Shown here: positions 47,051 through 58,963 of the stretch, one piece after another
Layout of the letters: each line of letters opens with the position of its first letter
How positions within the stretch are numbered: position 1 is the stretch's first letter
NCBI GenBank assembly: GCA_963769885.1
Contig: CAVYNH010000006.1
Span: 512,001 to 576,000 of the forward strand
DNA: 64,000 bases
Direction of reading: 5' to 3'
Source of the DNA: Methanobacteriota archaeon
GTDB lineage: Archaea > Thermoplasmatota > E2 > DHVEG-1
Translations under genes and position numbers: made by a program
The notes under the pieces: model-generated
The model's input: only the letters and a program-made list of their open reading frames with translations
Databases searched by the model: none
Told to the model about the DNA's origin: nothing

Positions 47051-48058
47051 ATGAATCTCCTCTTTGAGCTGTCGAAAGGCCTGAAGGACCTGCCCGCGGA
47101 CGAGGCCGTCGCATGCCTTGAGTCGGAGCAGATACGCCCTACAGTAATTATTACTAATGAGGATGTTGTCGTTGCTGCCGCCGACGTCTCACACTCCCAG
47201 ATTCAGGTCCTCGCCCGGCGGCTCGCCTGGACGGCGGTCCTCGATGAACTTCTGTTCACCTGCCCCGTTGATGAATTAGAGAATCAGGCCCAGAAGTATC
47301 ACCTCACCACGCCGGGTTCGCTGGCCGTCCGCATCAAGAACCGCTCGACTTCGCACAAATCCGAAGATATCCTGGACGTCCTTGCAGACGTGTACTCCTC
47401 GACTCACCCCATCAACCTCAGACAGCCTGCCCATGAGGTCCGCGCGGTAGTCACCGATGACATCATCTACGTTGGACGAAAGCTGGCGGAGGTCGATACT
47501 TCGGGGTTCGAGCAGCGGAAATCCCAGTACCGCCCGTTTTTCACCGGCATCACCATGCACCCGCGCCTCGCCCACGCACTCGTCAATCTCTCCAGAGTCC
47601 GGGCTGGCGAACTGTTTTGCGACCCGTTCTGCGGCTCCGGCGGTATCCTCCTTGAAGCAGGGCTCATGGGAATAACAGTGATCGGCGGGGACATCGAACC
47701 GAAGATGACGACAGGCTGCACCAAGTCCCTCGAACACTACGGCATCAACAAATTCCAGCTCTTCCCCACCGACATCGGCACACTCCCCGACTATGTCCCC
47801 GACGTGGACGGGATCGCCACCGACTTCCCCTACGGCCGCTCAACCACGACTAAAGGCGAAGACCGCGCAAAGCTCTACAACCGCGCCTTCCAAGCCATTG
47901 CAAAGATCCTCAAACCAGGGCGGTACGCGGTCTGCGGACTCTCAGAAAAAAACCTGATCCCCATCGGAGAACGATACCTCAGCCTTCAAAAAGTCTACGA
48001 CATCCGAGCCCACCGCAGCCTCACTCGCTCCTTTGCCGTCTTCAAAAAAACACCCTAA
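47051..48058 (+). CDS. trm11: tRNA (G10-N2) methyltransferase, THUMP + Rossmann domains
   Basis: RPFF, PRLAHALVNL, DPFCGSGG, TDFPYGRS, HRSLTR. Confidence 0.88.
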   Translation: MNLLFELSKGLKDLPADEAVACLESEQIRPTVIITNEDVVVAAADVSHSQIQVLARRLAWTAVLDELLFTCPVDELENQAQKYHLTTPGSLAVRIKNRSTSHKSEDILDVLADVYSSTHPINLRQPAHEVRAVVTDDIIYVGRKLAEVDTSGFEQRKSQYRPFFTGITMHPRLAHALVNLSRVRAGELFCDPFCGSGGILLEAGLMGITVIGGDIEPKMTTGCTKSLEHYGINKFQLFPTDIGTLPDYVPDVDGIATDFPYGRSTTTKGEDRAKLYNRAFQAIAKILKPGRYAVCGLSEKNLIPIGERYLSLQKVYDIRAHRSLTRSFAVFKKTP

Positions 48059-48107
48059 ATCTCGGCTCCCAAAAGCTTTTCATCCCAAGCTCCGATGCCC
48101 ACCGCCT

Positions 48108-49025
48108 ATGACGCAGCTGCGCATCCTCTTCCTCGGCACGAGCGGCAGCTGGCCGACCATCCAGCGCAATGTCGCCTCCACCGCCATTCATCGCGGCAGC
48201 GAAGTCCTCCTTTTCGACTGCGGCGAAGGCACCCAACGCCAATTCCAACGCACCACCCTCTCCTACATGCAGATCACCAGCATCTTCATCACCCATTTCC
48301 ACGGCGACCATTTCCTCGGCCTCCCCGGCCTCATCCAGACCATGCAGCTCAACGACCGCACAACCCCCCTCAACCTCTACGGACCCCCAGGGATGAACAA
48401 GCTCACCGCCCAACTCCTTTCTCTCGGCTACTTCCGCCCTGTCTACGAGATTGTCTCCCATGAGATCGATGACGGCGAAACCCTCCACTTCGACGGCTAC
48501 GACATTAAAACCCTCGCCACCAAACACAACGTCCCTTCCCTCGCCTACAGCCTGGAGGAAGACATGAGGCCAGGGAAGTTCAACAAACCCAAGGCCCTCC
48601 ACCTCGGCATCCCCGAAGGCCCCCTCTTCAGCAAACTCCAGCACGGTCAGACCATCACCCTCAAGAACGGCACCACCATCACCCCGGGCATGGTCCTCGG
48701 GCCACCACGCAAAGGAAGGAAGATCGTCATCACCGGCGACACCACCTACGACGAAGACCTCATTCAGTTCGCCAAGGACGCGGACGTCCTCATCCACGAC
48801 GCCACCTTCGACTCTACCTTCGTCGAATCCGCAGAGTACGGCCACTCCACCGCCGCCCAAGCAGCAATGATAGCGAAACAAGCGGACGTCGACGCCCTCT
48901 TCCTCACCCACCTCAGCCCCCGCTACCTCGACCCCAAGGTCATCGAGGACGACGCCCGAAAGATCTTCCCCCGCTCCTTCGCCGCCAAAGACCTCCAAGA
49001 AATCGAAGTCAAACTCAAACCATAA
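48108..49025 (+). CDS. rnz: Ribonuclease Z
   Basis: FLGTS, DCGEGTQ, THFHGDH, GP exosite, GDT, HDAT, HST, TH.S.RY. Confidence 0.96.
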   Translation: MTQLRILFLGTSGSWPTIQRNVASTAIHRGSEVLLFDCGEGTQRQFQRTTLSYMQITSIFITHFHGDHFLGLPGLIQTMQLNDRTTPLNLYGPPGMNKLTAQLLSLGYFRPVYEIVSHEIDDGETLHFDGYDIKTLATKHNVPSLAYSLEEDMRPGKFNKPKALHLGIPEGPLFSKLQHGQTITLKNGTTITPGMVLGPPRKGRKIVITGDTTYDEDLIQFAKDADVLIHDATFDSTFVESAEYGHSTAAQAAMIAKQADVDALFLTHLSPRYLDPKVIEDDARKIFPRSFAAKDLQEIEVKLKP

Positions 49026-49054
49026 AAAAGAAAAAAACACCAGAGGCGGGAAGG

Positions 49055-50143
49055 CTATTTCTTCGACCGCGGCGCCGGCTTCTCCTCGAACCGCTCACAC
49101 GGATCCCCGAAGAACACTCGCCCCAAATTAAACAATTCCATGTCCACAGTCTTCAGCTTCTCTACGCCCTCACTGATGTCCACGGGCACGATCTTGTAGC
49201 CCCGGAACGCTACCATCTTCCCCCAGTTCTTCGCCGCGACCTGATCCACCGCCGCGATGCCGAACCGCGTTGCCAACAGACGGTCGTACGCGGTCGGCGT
49301 CCCGCCGCGCTGCACATGACCAAGCACCGTCACCCGCGTCTCCACCCCCAGCCGCTTCTCGATCTCTTTACTGATCAACTGCCCGATGCCGCCGAGCCGC
49401 ACATGACCGAACTCATCCAACTCTTTCGAAATCGTCGCAAAATCCGCCATGCTCTTCGGCTTCGCACCCTCCGCGACCACCACGATACTGAACCCCTTCC
49501 CGCTCTTCATCCGACACTCCAGGTTCTTGCAGATCGTATCCAACTCGAACGGCACCTCAGGGACCAGGATCTCATCCGCCCCGCCCGCAATCCCGGACAC
49601 GGTCGCAATCCACCCGGTATGCCGCCCCATCACCTCTAAGACCATGATTCGGTGATGCGACTCCGCCGTCGTATGCAGCCGATCGATCGCCTCCGTCACA
49701 ATCTGCGTCGCCGTATCAAACCCAAACGTCGTATCCGTCCCACAGATATCATTGTCAATGGTCTTCGGCACCCCGATCACATGCACACCCATCTTAGACA
49801 GCTTCAACGCCACACCCAAGGTATCCTCCCCGCCGACCACGATCAACGCATCAATCTGCAGCTTCTTCAGATTCTGCACGATCTTCTCCGCATCCCCAGG
49901 GTTCTTGAACGGATTCGTCCGCGACGTCCCCAGAATCGTCCCACCACGCGGCAAAATCCCGGACACCTCACGCTCCGTCAACGGCATCGTATTCCCATCA
50001 ATCACACCCTTCCACCCATTCAAGAAACCGGTCACCCGCCAGCCGTGCTTCAACGACTTCCTGACAACCGCACGGATCACCGCATTCAACCCAGGGCAGT
50101 CACCGCCCCCCGTCAAAATCCCAACATTCAACGTCTGACCCAT
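49055..50143 (-). CDS. pfkA: 6-phosphofructokinase, bacterial PfkA family (mixed-substrate group III)
   Basis: TGGGDCPGLN, GGEDT, PKTIDND, EVMGR, GHVQRGG. Confidence 0.93.
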   Translation of the reverse strand: MGQTLNVGILTGGGDCPGLNAVIRAVVRKSLKHGWRVTGFLNGWKGVIDGNTMPLTEREVSGILPRGGTILGTSRTNPFKNPGDAEKIVQNLKKLQIDALIVVGGEDTLGVALKLSKMGVHVIGVPKTIDNDICGTDTTFGFDTATQIVTEAIDRLHTTAESHHRIMVLEVMGRHTGWIATVSGIAGGADEILVPEVPFELDTICKNLECRMKSGKGFSIVVVAEGAKPKSMADFATISKELDEFGHVRLGGIGQLISKEIEKRLGVETRVTVLGHVQRGGTPTAYDRLLATRFGIAAVDQVAAKNWGKMVAFRGYKIVPVDISEGVEKLKTVDMELFNLGRVFFGDPCERFEEKPAPRSKK

Positions 50144-50270
50144 ACGAATATTCCTCTTCCCGCCCCGGGTAACCACTCACTCCGATTAAAGCTTATCGAA
50201 ACCCCCCATAGAACCACATGAAAACCAAGAAATACGCAAAACCAGTTTCCTTCACCCAAGGCTAGACACC

Positions 50271-52977
50271 ATGGCACCCACACCAGAACCAGACCAGTAC
50301 TACACCAAGACCACCGACAACCTCCTCAAAACCCTCCAAACCACCACCAACGGCCTCACCCCAACACAGGCAGAGGCCCTCCTACGCACCTACGGGCCAA
50401 ACGAACTCGCCAAGAAAAAACGCAAATCCCTCATTGTCAAAATCTTCGAGGCCATGAGCGAAGCCATGATGGTCATCCTCATCATCGCCGCCCTCCTCTC
50501 CTTCTTCATCATCCAAGACCTCCTCGAAGCACTCGCCATCCTCGGCGTCGTCGTCATCAACACCGTCATCAGCCTCTACCAAGAAGGCAAAGCCGAAAAA
50601 GCAGCTGAAGAACTCCAAAAAATCCTCTCGCCACAATGCAAAGTCATCCGCGACGGCAACATCGGAGTCATCGCCTCCAAATACCTCGTCCCCGGCGACC
50701 TCATCCTCTTCGAATCCGGTGACATCATTCCCGCCGACGCCCGCACCATCCAGGCCGTCACCCTCCTTGTCGACGAAGCCCACCTCACCGGAGAAAGCGA
50801 ACCTATCCGAAAGGAAGACAAACCACTCCTAGCCGCCGACCTCAAACTCTACGAACAAACCAATATGGTCTTCGCGGGCAGCAAAGTCCTCACCGGCCAC
50901 GGCAGGGCCATCGTCACCAAGACCGGTTCCCAAACCGAGATAGGGAAGATCGCCAAGAACATCGAAGAAACCGAAGACGAACAGACGCCACTCCAAAAGA
51001 AGATGAACCGCGAGGTGAAAGCACTCGTCGCCCTCGCGATCGCCTCCCTCGTCCTCGTCATCGTCATCAACATCGCCCACAGCCAAGACATCGGCCAGAC
51101 CGTCCTCCTCGGCATCAGCATCCTCGTCGCCGTCTTCCCCGAAGGCCTCCCCGCCTCCATGACTATCGCCCTCTCATTGGCCATGGAACGGCTCGCCCGA
51201 AACTCTGTCATCGTTAAACGCCTATCCAGCGTCGAGACGCTCGGCAACGTCGACTACATTTGCACAGACAAAACCGGAACCATCACCAAACACGACATGA
51301 CCGTCAAGGAATTCTTCATCGGTGACCACTTCCACGTCATGGCCGACATCTTCAAGATGATCGCCGACGGCCAAGTCGCTGTCCTCCATGACCTCTTCCT
51401 CACCAGCATCAAAGGCTCCACCGCATCCGTCGAAGAAGAAGACGGCACATTCATCAAAGAGGTCGGGGACCCAACAGAAATCGCGCTCATCAAAGCGGCA
51501 TATCTGAACGGCTTCAAGCCCCAGGACTTCGCGGGAAATCAGACGTTGGATTCTCTCCCGTTCTCCTCCGAGACCATGTACTCAGCGCTTCTCGCACAGG
51601 ACCCCCGGGGGAAACGCGAAGTCTACCTCAAAGGCGCCCCTGAAAAAATCCTCGCTCACTGCACCTCCTACTACATACAAGGCCGGGTAGAATCGCTCAC
51701 GGATCACCACCGGCAGCGAATCCTTTCAGAATTGACTTTTCGCTCCGAGAAAGGCTTTAGGTTGATTGGGTTCGCCAAGAAGGAGAATGTGGTAAAGGAG
51801 AAGCTAACTGAAGTGCCTCTTGACGGCTGCATCTTCCTGGCGACCGCGGTCTTGTATGATCCTCCCAAGGATGAAGTCAAGAACATGATCCAGGAGACTC
51901 GAGACGCGCATATCAGTGTCGTCATGATCACGGGGGATAGCAAGAAGACCGGGTTTTCCGTCGCTGAGAGCGTCGGCATCGCCGAATCCATCGATCAAGC
52001 TGTCGAAGGCCGTGACCTCGAGGCGATGAGCGAGGAGGAATTCGGCCAAAAAGTTGAGTCCCTACGCGTGTATAGCCGGGTTGCTCCCCTGGATAAGCTA
52101 CGGATCGTGGACAAGCTGGAGGAGAAGGACCACATCGTGGCCATGACGGGGGATGGTGTCAACGACGCGCCCGCTCTGAAGAAGGCGGATGTCGGCATCG
52201 CCATGGGCCGGGCTGGGACTCAGGTGGCCCAGGAGGCCGCGGATATCATTTTGACCGACGATAATTTTTCGACTATCGTTCGTGGCGTTGAGGAGGGCCG
52301 CCGGGTATACCAGAACCTGAAGCGGCTCATTCAGTATCTGTTGACGAATAATCTTGGGAAAGTCGTAGGCGTGCTGGCGACGCCGCTGCTTGGGTTCCCG
52401 GCGCCGTTGCTGCCGTTGCAGTTGTTATGGTCTAATGTGGTGATGGAGAGTTTTCCGAGCGTTGGTGTGAGGACCTGATACGGCGGATCCTGATCAGATG
52501 AAACGCCGACCGGCGAAGATCTCGGAGCCTATCGTCTCACGGAGGCAGCGGATGCGCATGATCCTGGATGGGGTCCTGTTCGGCATCTGCATCATGCTTG
52601 GGTATATCGTGGCCTGGGAGTATCTCACGCTGGTGTTGGGGATGGAGCCGTTCTCCAAGACTGTCGTGGCGTTGTCCGGGACGGTGGCGTTTGCGATTAC
52701 TCTGGTGTCTCCGCAGGTGTACATCTTCTCGTTGCGAGCTGGCACTATTCGGGAGAAGTTTACGCGCAAGAACCTGTTGTTGAAGGCGTTCTTCGTCATC
52801 ACGATTCTGATGGTGATTGCGATTATTTATGTGCCCTCGTTGAATGTGATTTTTGGGACGCTCCCGTTGACTAATCTAGTGCTGATCGGGATTGTGGTGG
52901 TGCTCTCCTTGGTGACGACAATTGTGCGGTTGCTACTCGGCAATAAAGAATTTAATGAGGAGCCGGTGGCGCAATGA
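50271..52977 (+). pseudogene. P2-type (Ca2+-like) cation ATPase with a +1 frameshift near 52474
   Basis: TGES, PEGLP, DKTGT, KGAPE, TGDGVNDAPAL; removing one base gives ...GVRTDTADPDQMKRRP, joining ORF 52498-52977. Confidence 0.88.
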
Positions 52978-53020
52978 TTTTTATATGGTGAAGAGGATGT
53001 CTGAGTTTGGAGTGAGGGTT

Positions 53021-53467
53021 ATGGAAACGCGTCCGTCGTATGATGAGTATTTTATGGAAATGGCGCATGTGGTCTCCAAGAGGAGTACGTGTTTGCGGCG
53101 TCGGGTGGGCGCAATCCTGGTCAAGGAGAAGCATATCCTGAGCACTGGGTATAACGGGGCGCCGAAGGGGATGGCACACTGTGAGGAGGTAGGGTGTCTT
53201 CGGGAGAATTTGAAGATCCCATCGGGGGAGCGCCATGAGTTGTGCCGGGGTCTGCATGCGGAGCAGAACGCGATTATTCAGGCCGCGGTTTTTGGAACCT
53301 CGATAAAGGGCTCCGTGTTGTATTGCACCAATGTCCCCTGCGTCGTGTGTGTGAAAATGTTGATTAATGCGGGGGTGACGGAGATTATCTACTCTGGGGA
53401 GTATCCGGATGAGCTTGCGAAGCGGATGTTGGAAGAGAGCCGGCTAAAAATAAAAAGATTTAAATAA
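53021..53467 (+). CDS. dCMP deaminase
   Basis: RSTC.RR.VGA, TGYNG, HAEQNA, PC..C. Confidence 0.92.
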   Translation: METRPSYDEYFMEMAHVVSKRSTCLRRRVGAILVKEKHILSTGYNGAPKGMAHCEEVGCLRENLKIPSGERHELCRGLHAEQNAIIQAAVFGTSIKGSVLYCTNVPCVVCVKMLINAGVTEIIYSGEYPDELAKRMLEESRLKIKRFK

Positions 53468-53547
53468 TAACGGTGCTTATAAAAATTTCGTGAAAAATTG
53501 GAAAAATATATATACATCAGAATTGATTTATTTTGCGAGGAGAACGT

Positions 53548-53934
53548 ATGAAACGGAAGAAATCGTTTGTGTTGGACGATAAAGACTACAAAGCAGTCCA
53601 ACTCTTCACGGAGCTTGGGATGCCAAAGAACCTTGCAAAGACCCTGTTATATATATCCCAGGTTGACGAATGCCGGTCCGCGGACGTCGAACAAGGAGCA
53701 GATCTCCGACAGCCTGAGGTAAGCGTCGCGATGCAGGAGCTGCGGCGGCGCGGCTGGGCGAAGAAGCGGGACGTCAAGAAAAAAGGAAAGGGCCGCCCGG
53801 TACACCTGTATAAGCTGACGGCCGACCTCCCCACGATCCTGAAGAGCTTCGAAAGAGAGAAGATGAAGCAAGTGGAGAACATCCGTCAGGACCTTGATCA
53901 GCTTCACACGCTTATCACCAACATGGAAAAGTAG
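53548..53934 (+). CDS. Archaeal winged-helix transcriptional regulator (COG4738-like)
   Basis: LRQPEVSVAM, KGKGRP..Y motifs. Confidence 0.88.
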   Translation: MKRKKSFVLDDKDYKAVQLFTELGMPKNLAKTLLYISQVDECRSADVEQGADLRQPEVSVAMQELRRRGWAKKRDVKKKGKGRPVHLYKLTADLPTILKSFEREKMKQVENIRQDLDQLHTLITNMEK

Positions 53935-54009
53935 GGGGCCACCACACCCCTATTTTTCTGTGTTCCCTCCTGCTTTTCCTCTCGCTTGTTTGTTCGTTTA
54001 GGTGACGGA

Positions 54010-55101
54010 ATGGCGAATCTCCGTGTGCGGAAGGTGTTTTCGCAGGTGTCATCGCCGGTGGACGCGGTGCTGGTGAAGAATGGGACTGCACCGTTCATAG
54101 ACGATAATTTCTTCTACCTGACGGGTCTGGTGAGTGGGGTCTTTGAGGGCTGTCTGGCCATCGTGTTTCCTGATGGGCGAGTCGAGGCGGTCATCTCGGA
54201 GCTGGAAGCGGAGAGCGCCCGGCGATCGACGGCGACCATCCAAGTGTACCGCACCAAGAAGGAGTTCAACGAGATTTTCGCCCGGCTCCTCGGCAGCGCC
54301 GAGAAAATTGGGTTCAACGCGGAAGGTATCACCGTTCATGACCAGAAGGCGTTGGCAGGGTTGTTGCCAAAGGCCGGGTTCGTGGACGTGTCCGGGGCGT
54401 TCGCCGCGGCGCGGCTGGTCAAGGATGAGGACGAGCTTGCGCGGATCCGAAAAGCCTGTGCAGTCGCGGACCGAGTGGCTGAGTCACTCGGCGAGGTCAT
54501 CGAAGCAGGGATGACGGAGAACAACCTGGCGGCGGAGATCGATTACGCTCTCGTGAAGGAGGGGGCGGATCGGCCGTCGTTCGATACGATCTCGTCGTGT
54601 GGGGCGAACACGGCGGAGCCGCACTATAGTCATGGGAATGTGCCGCTGAAGCGGGGGGAGTTCGTGCTCTGTGACTTCGGCGCGTTGTACCAGCGGTACG
54701 CCAGTGATTTGACGCGGACGTTGGTGCTCGGCCAGGGTTCGGTCCAGCAGCGGAAGATGTATGAGACCGTCTTTGAGGCGCAGGAGACGGCGATTGCGGC
54801 AATCAAAGCCGGTGTTACGGCTAGTAGTGTGGATAAGGCTGCCAGGGACTGTATCGACCATTCCGAGTTCAAGGATCGGTTCATTCATTCGACGGGGCAT
54901 AGTCTGGGGCTGGCGGTCCATGATGGGCAGCGTTTCAGCAGCGAGGCGTCGTTTACGCTTCAGGAGAACATGGTGTTCACGGTGGAGCCGGGGGTGTACA
55001 TCCCAGGGCTCGGTGGGGTGCGGATCGAGGATGATATCCGAGTAACCTCAAAGGGTTGCGAGGTGTTGACGCATGCTGGGAAGGCGTACACGGAACTCTA
55101 G
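54010..55101 (+). CDS. pepQ: Xaa-Pro dipeptidase (M24B)
   Basis: PH, DFG...[27 protein letters not shown]. Confidence 0.92.
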   Translation: MANLRVRKVFSQVSSPVDAVLVKNGTAPFIDDNFFYLTGLVSGVFEGCLAIVFPDGRVEAVISELEAESARRSTATIQVYRTKKEFNEIFARLLGSAEKIGFNAEGITVHDQKALAGLLPKAGFVDVSGAFAAARLVKDEDELARIRKACAVADRVAESLGEVIEAGMTENNLAAEIDYALVKEGADRPSFDTISSCGANTAEPHYSHGNVPLKRGEFVLCDFGALYQRYASDLTRTLVLGQGSVQQRKMYETVFEAQETAIAAIKAGVTASSVDKAARDCIDHSEFKDRFIHSTGHSLGLAVHDGQRFSSEASFTLQENMVFTVEPGVYIPGLGGVRIEDDIRVTSKGCEVLTHAGKAYTEL

Positions 55102-55169
55102 GGAAAAAAAGGAGCAGGGGTGCTCGTTGTTCGACCCCCTACATTTTTTCTTGGAGGAATTGAACGAGG

Positions 55170-55409
55170 TTACTCTTTTGCTCGTTTGTAGGTCCAGTTG
55201 ATTTCCTGGTTGATTTTGCGGTAGAGGTCGGCGCCGCGTTCCAGGGTCCTTTTTTCTTCGAGGACTTCGAAGGCTTCGTCCGCAAGGATTTTGAGAACTT
55301 CGCGGAATTCCTTGCGGTTGGTTTTGAGTAGGTCGATGCCGACGTGGATGAGTTCGTCGACGATCTCTGAGACATTTTCCCCTTCGATGCTGATATTGAT
55401 TTTCACCAT
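55170..55409 (-). CDS. Hypothetical protein (79 aa)
   Basis: ATG with SD-like GGGA; natural-looking amphipathic sequence between convergent/divergent neighbours. Confidence 0.65.
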   Translation of the reverse strand: MVKINISIEGENVSEIVDELIHVGIDLLKTNRKEFREVLKILADEAFEVLEEKRTLERGADLYRKINQEINWTYKRAKE

Positions 55410-55519
55410 TGCTGTGTCCCTCTATGGAAGGTCGAGCCCGGCCATTGGGTCCGCCTCATATAAAGTTTTGTGTTCGAAACGTATTTAAAATCCTTGATTT
55501 TTGTGTGTCACCTGTAGGT

Positions 55520-56422
55520 ATGGAGTATTCGACTCGACTGATGGAGTGGCTGACTGCCGGTACCACGATCGTGCTGATGGGATTTGGGATTGCTCAGATC
55601 ATGATCGGGCAGTTTGTTTCTTTTAGCGTTGTGTTGGTCGCTAACGGGATTGACTGTATGGGGGACGGGTTCGTCTCCGGGATCGTGTGGGTTGGGCTGC
55701 GGTTTGTGAAGAAGCCGGCGAACAAGAAGTTCAGCTTCGGGTATTACAAGTTTGAGAACCTGGCGTCGCTGGCCGCGGCGATCGTGATGTTCATCTTGGC
55801 GACCTACATTATTGTGCGGTCGTATTATGCGCTGGTGTCGCCGCAGCCGGTGCAGGTGCCGCTGCTAGGGGCGGTGATTGCAGGGGTCTCGGCGGTCGTC
55901 GCGTTGTCGTTGGGTTTTGTGAAGATGCGGTCGAGTAAGCGCAGTCTACTGGGGTCGGCGCGGCTGGATGCGGTGAACACGATCAAGGATGGGACGACGT
56001 CAACGTTAACGGTGCTTACCTTGTATTTGGAGTCGGTTGGGTATAATTTTGATCCTTACGTGGGTTTTATTCTCGCCGGGATCATCTATTTCGTCGGGAT
56101 CGCGGCAATCAAGGAATCCGGACTTGTGTTATTGGATGCCTGTGATGGGGAGTGTCTGGACCTTGGCATGGTTCTACGCAGAATTGCCTTGAACATCCCG
56201 GGAGTAAAAGAGGCGCATGTGGTTCGGTTGCGGCGGACGGGTCCGGTGTTTTTCGGTGAGGTCGAGGTATCGGTGCCGCGGTCGATGACGGTCGAGGAGT
56301 TCGAAGCGATTCGGACGCAGATCACGGAGCAGGCGAAGGAGAAGATGCCGGAGATCGAGCATCTCGCAATCGAGTCAAAGCCGGTGGCTGACGGGCCGGG
56401 GCCGCTGCCTCCTTCGGGTTGA
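55520..56422 (+). CDS. Cation diffusion facilitator transporter
   Basis: KPA...F.FGY.K.E, 6 TM helices, LLD, R.RR.G in the C-terminal domain. Confidence 0.9.
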   Translation: MEYSTRLMEWLTAGTTIVLMGFGIAQIMIGQFVSFSVVLVANGIDCMGDGFVSGIVWVGLRFVKKPANKKFSFGYYKFENLASLAAAIVMFILATYIIVRSYYALVSPQPVQVPLLGAVIAGVSAVVALSLGFVKMRSSKRSLLGSARLDAVNTIKDGTTSTLTVLTLYLESVGYNFDPYVGFILAGIIYFVGIAAIKESGLVLLDACDGECLDLGMVLRRIALNIPGVKEAHVVRLRRTGPVFFGEVEVSVPRSMTVEEFEAIRTQITEQAKEKMPEIEHLAIESKPVADGPGPLPPSG

Positions 56423-56433
56423 ATTTCGTTTTT

Positions 56434-56856
56434 TTAGAGGTCGTGGAGTCGCTGGTGGAGTTTGACGACGGCTTCGACGACGGCTTTGGCACGGTCGATG
56501 CGGTCCTGGGCTTGGAGTCTGGTCATGCCGGGGCCGGAGATGCCGAGGCCGACGGGTTTGTTGTAGTCGACGGCGAGGTCCGCGATTTTCCTGGCGGTGT
56601 TTTGGATGACGATTTGGTCGTGGTCGGTCTCGCCTTCGATGACGGCGCCGAGGGTGATGACGCCGTCGATGTCTTTGCGTTCGAGGAGTTTCTTGACGGC
56701 GAGTCCCATGTCGAAGGTGCCGGGGACTTGGATGACTTTGGTGATCTGTGCGCCGAGGAATGCGGCGTGGTCTTTGGCTTGTTGGAGCATCATCATGGCG
56801 ATGTCGTAGTTGAATTCGGAGACGACGGCTCCGATGCGGATGGGGTTTTTGGGCAT
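56434..56856 (-). CDS. ribH: 6,7-dimethyl-8-ribityllumazine synthase
   Basis: [25 protein letters not shown]. Confidence 0.95.
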   Translation of the reverse strand: MPKNPIRIGAVVSEFNYDIAMMMLQQAKDHAAFLGAQITKVIQVPGTFDMGLAVKKLLERKDIDGVITLGAVIEGETDHDQIVIQNTARKIADLAVDYNKPVGLGISGPGMTRLQAQDRIDRAKAVVEAVVKLHQRLHDL

Positions 56857-56885
56857 GGTTCCTTTCCTTCCTGTCTTGGTTTTTT

Positions 56886-57794
<909 letters not shown>

Positions 57795-57807
<13 letters not shown>

Positions 57808-58499
57808 ATGTTCCAGGCCTCGATGATCTCCCTGCCTTCGAGGTAGGTGAGGTGGTGGTCTTTGGCGTATTGTTGTGCTTGGAGTCTTTGGAGGGCTTTG
57901 CCGGAGTCTCCCATCATCTCGCAGCCGGTGCCGATGGGGGTGAGGCCGGCCATGGTGAGGAGGGCGACGGTGAGTTCGGTGTGGCCTTGGCGGGTGGCGA
58001 CGAGGCCGGGGGTGGCGGCGCAGATGGGGACGTGGCCGGGTGAGCGGAAGAGGCTGCCGAAGCGGGTCTGGGCGGCTTGGGGGCTGAGGCGTTGGACTTG
58101 TGCGGCGAGCTCGGCGAAGGATTTGATGGTGAGGCTGCGGTCGTTGTCGGTGATGCCGGTGAAGGTCTTGCGGTGGTTGATGGATAGTGAGAAGGAGGAT
58201 TTGGTGTCGTAGGGGATGTCGTTGGGGACGAGGGCTTTGAGGACGGGGTGTTCTTGTTGTGCGGTGGTGTAGAGGTCGGTGAGGAAGGGGAGTCCGAGGT
58301 GAGAGGCGATGTTGGGGGCGACCATGAGGATGATGAGGCCGCCGCCGTCTTTGCGCATCTGGCGGATGGCGTCTGGGGTGGCGTACTGGGCGGCCATGAC
58401 GAGGTCGGTTTCGCCTTCGCGGCTGGCGCTGTCGAAGATTTGGATGAAGCGGCCGTTGCGGAGGTCCTCTGCGGCTTGTTGGAGGGTTGTGGTGAGAAT
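57795..58499 (-). CDS. ribB: 3,4-dihydroxy-2-butanone 4-phosphate synthase; no canonical in-frame start (ATT 58499 or ATC 58502)
   Basis: FDS..REGETD, R.DGGG, SSFS...NHRKTFTGITD.DR, FRSPGHV, RQGHTE, CEM. Confidence 0.92.
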
Positions 58500-58550
58500 G
58501 ATGTGCCACCCAGGGTGTGGAAATACCGGGGGAAAATAAAAGTTGGGGTG

Positions 58551-58769
58551 CTACTCAGAAATGGGTGGGCTGGTTATGTGTTTGTTGTGGGAGACGACGT
58601 AGCGGGTGGCGTAGCCGGCGATGCGGTTGCGCAGGAGGTTGGTGCTGCCGGTGGTGAGTTCGGCGACTTTATGTTTATTGTTCTGGAAGTCGGTGGTGAA
58701 CTGTTCCGGATATCTCTTGACGAGTTCGATGGCGACGTTCTTGATGTGGGACGATCTGATGTTTCCCAG
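58551..58769 (-). CDS. rps17e: Ribosomal protein eS17; CTG start; missed by the ORF track
   Basis: (M)GNIRSSHIKNVAIELVKRYPEQFTTDFQNNK..V...LRNRIAGYATR; GGTGA SD 4 nt before CTG. Confidence 0.95.
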   Translation of the reverse strand: MGNIRSSHIKNVAIELVKRYPEQFTTDFQNNKHKVAELTTGSTNLLRNRIAGYATRYVVSHNKHITSPPISE

Positions 58770-58963
58770 GCTATCACCCTGTAAGGAGACGTGTATATCC
58801 TGATGTTATTTAAATCTATCCGGACTATCTCTGTAATATTCTTTTTGATGCGGTAGCCGGAAATATTGTACGTTGTGAAAAGCCGTTAAAACTCGTAGAA
58901 AAGAGATCGTTTTTTTTTAGTACACATGTTTTAAGTGAATCTGTCAGAAAATTTATATTCTAA

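Noticed and set aside
20952-48463. Many long antisense or alternative-frame ORFs (e.g. 20952-22130, 37870-38775, 39175-40233, 41304-42344)
   Set aside because: Low-complexity translations expected from high GC3 and the strong local skew; they overlap well-supported genes.
52476-52497. Selenocysteine or TGA readthrough in the P-type ATPase
   Set aside because: The downstream part is in a different frame (19-nt offset), so this is a frameshift, not readthrough.
57808-58509. 392-aa His/Arg/Pro-rich ORF fused to RibL
   Set aside because: The N-terminal 234 codons are an off-frame shadow of ribB; RibL starts at ATG 57807.
58574-58777. 67-aa ORF in the supplied track
   Set aside because: Wrong frame; the real gene is eS17 at 58551-58769.
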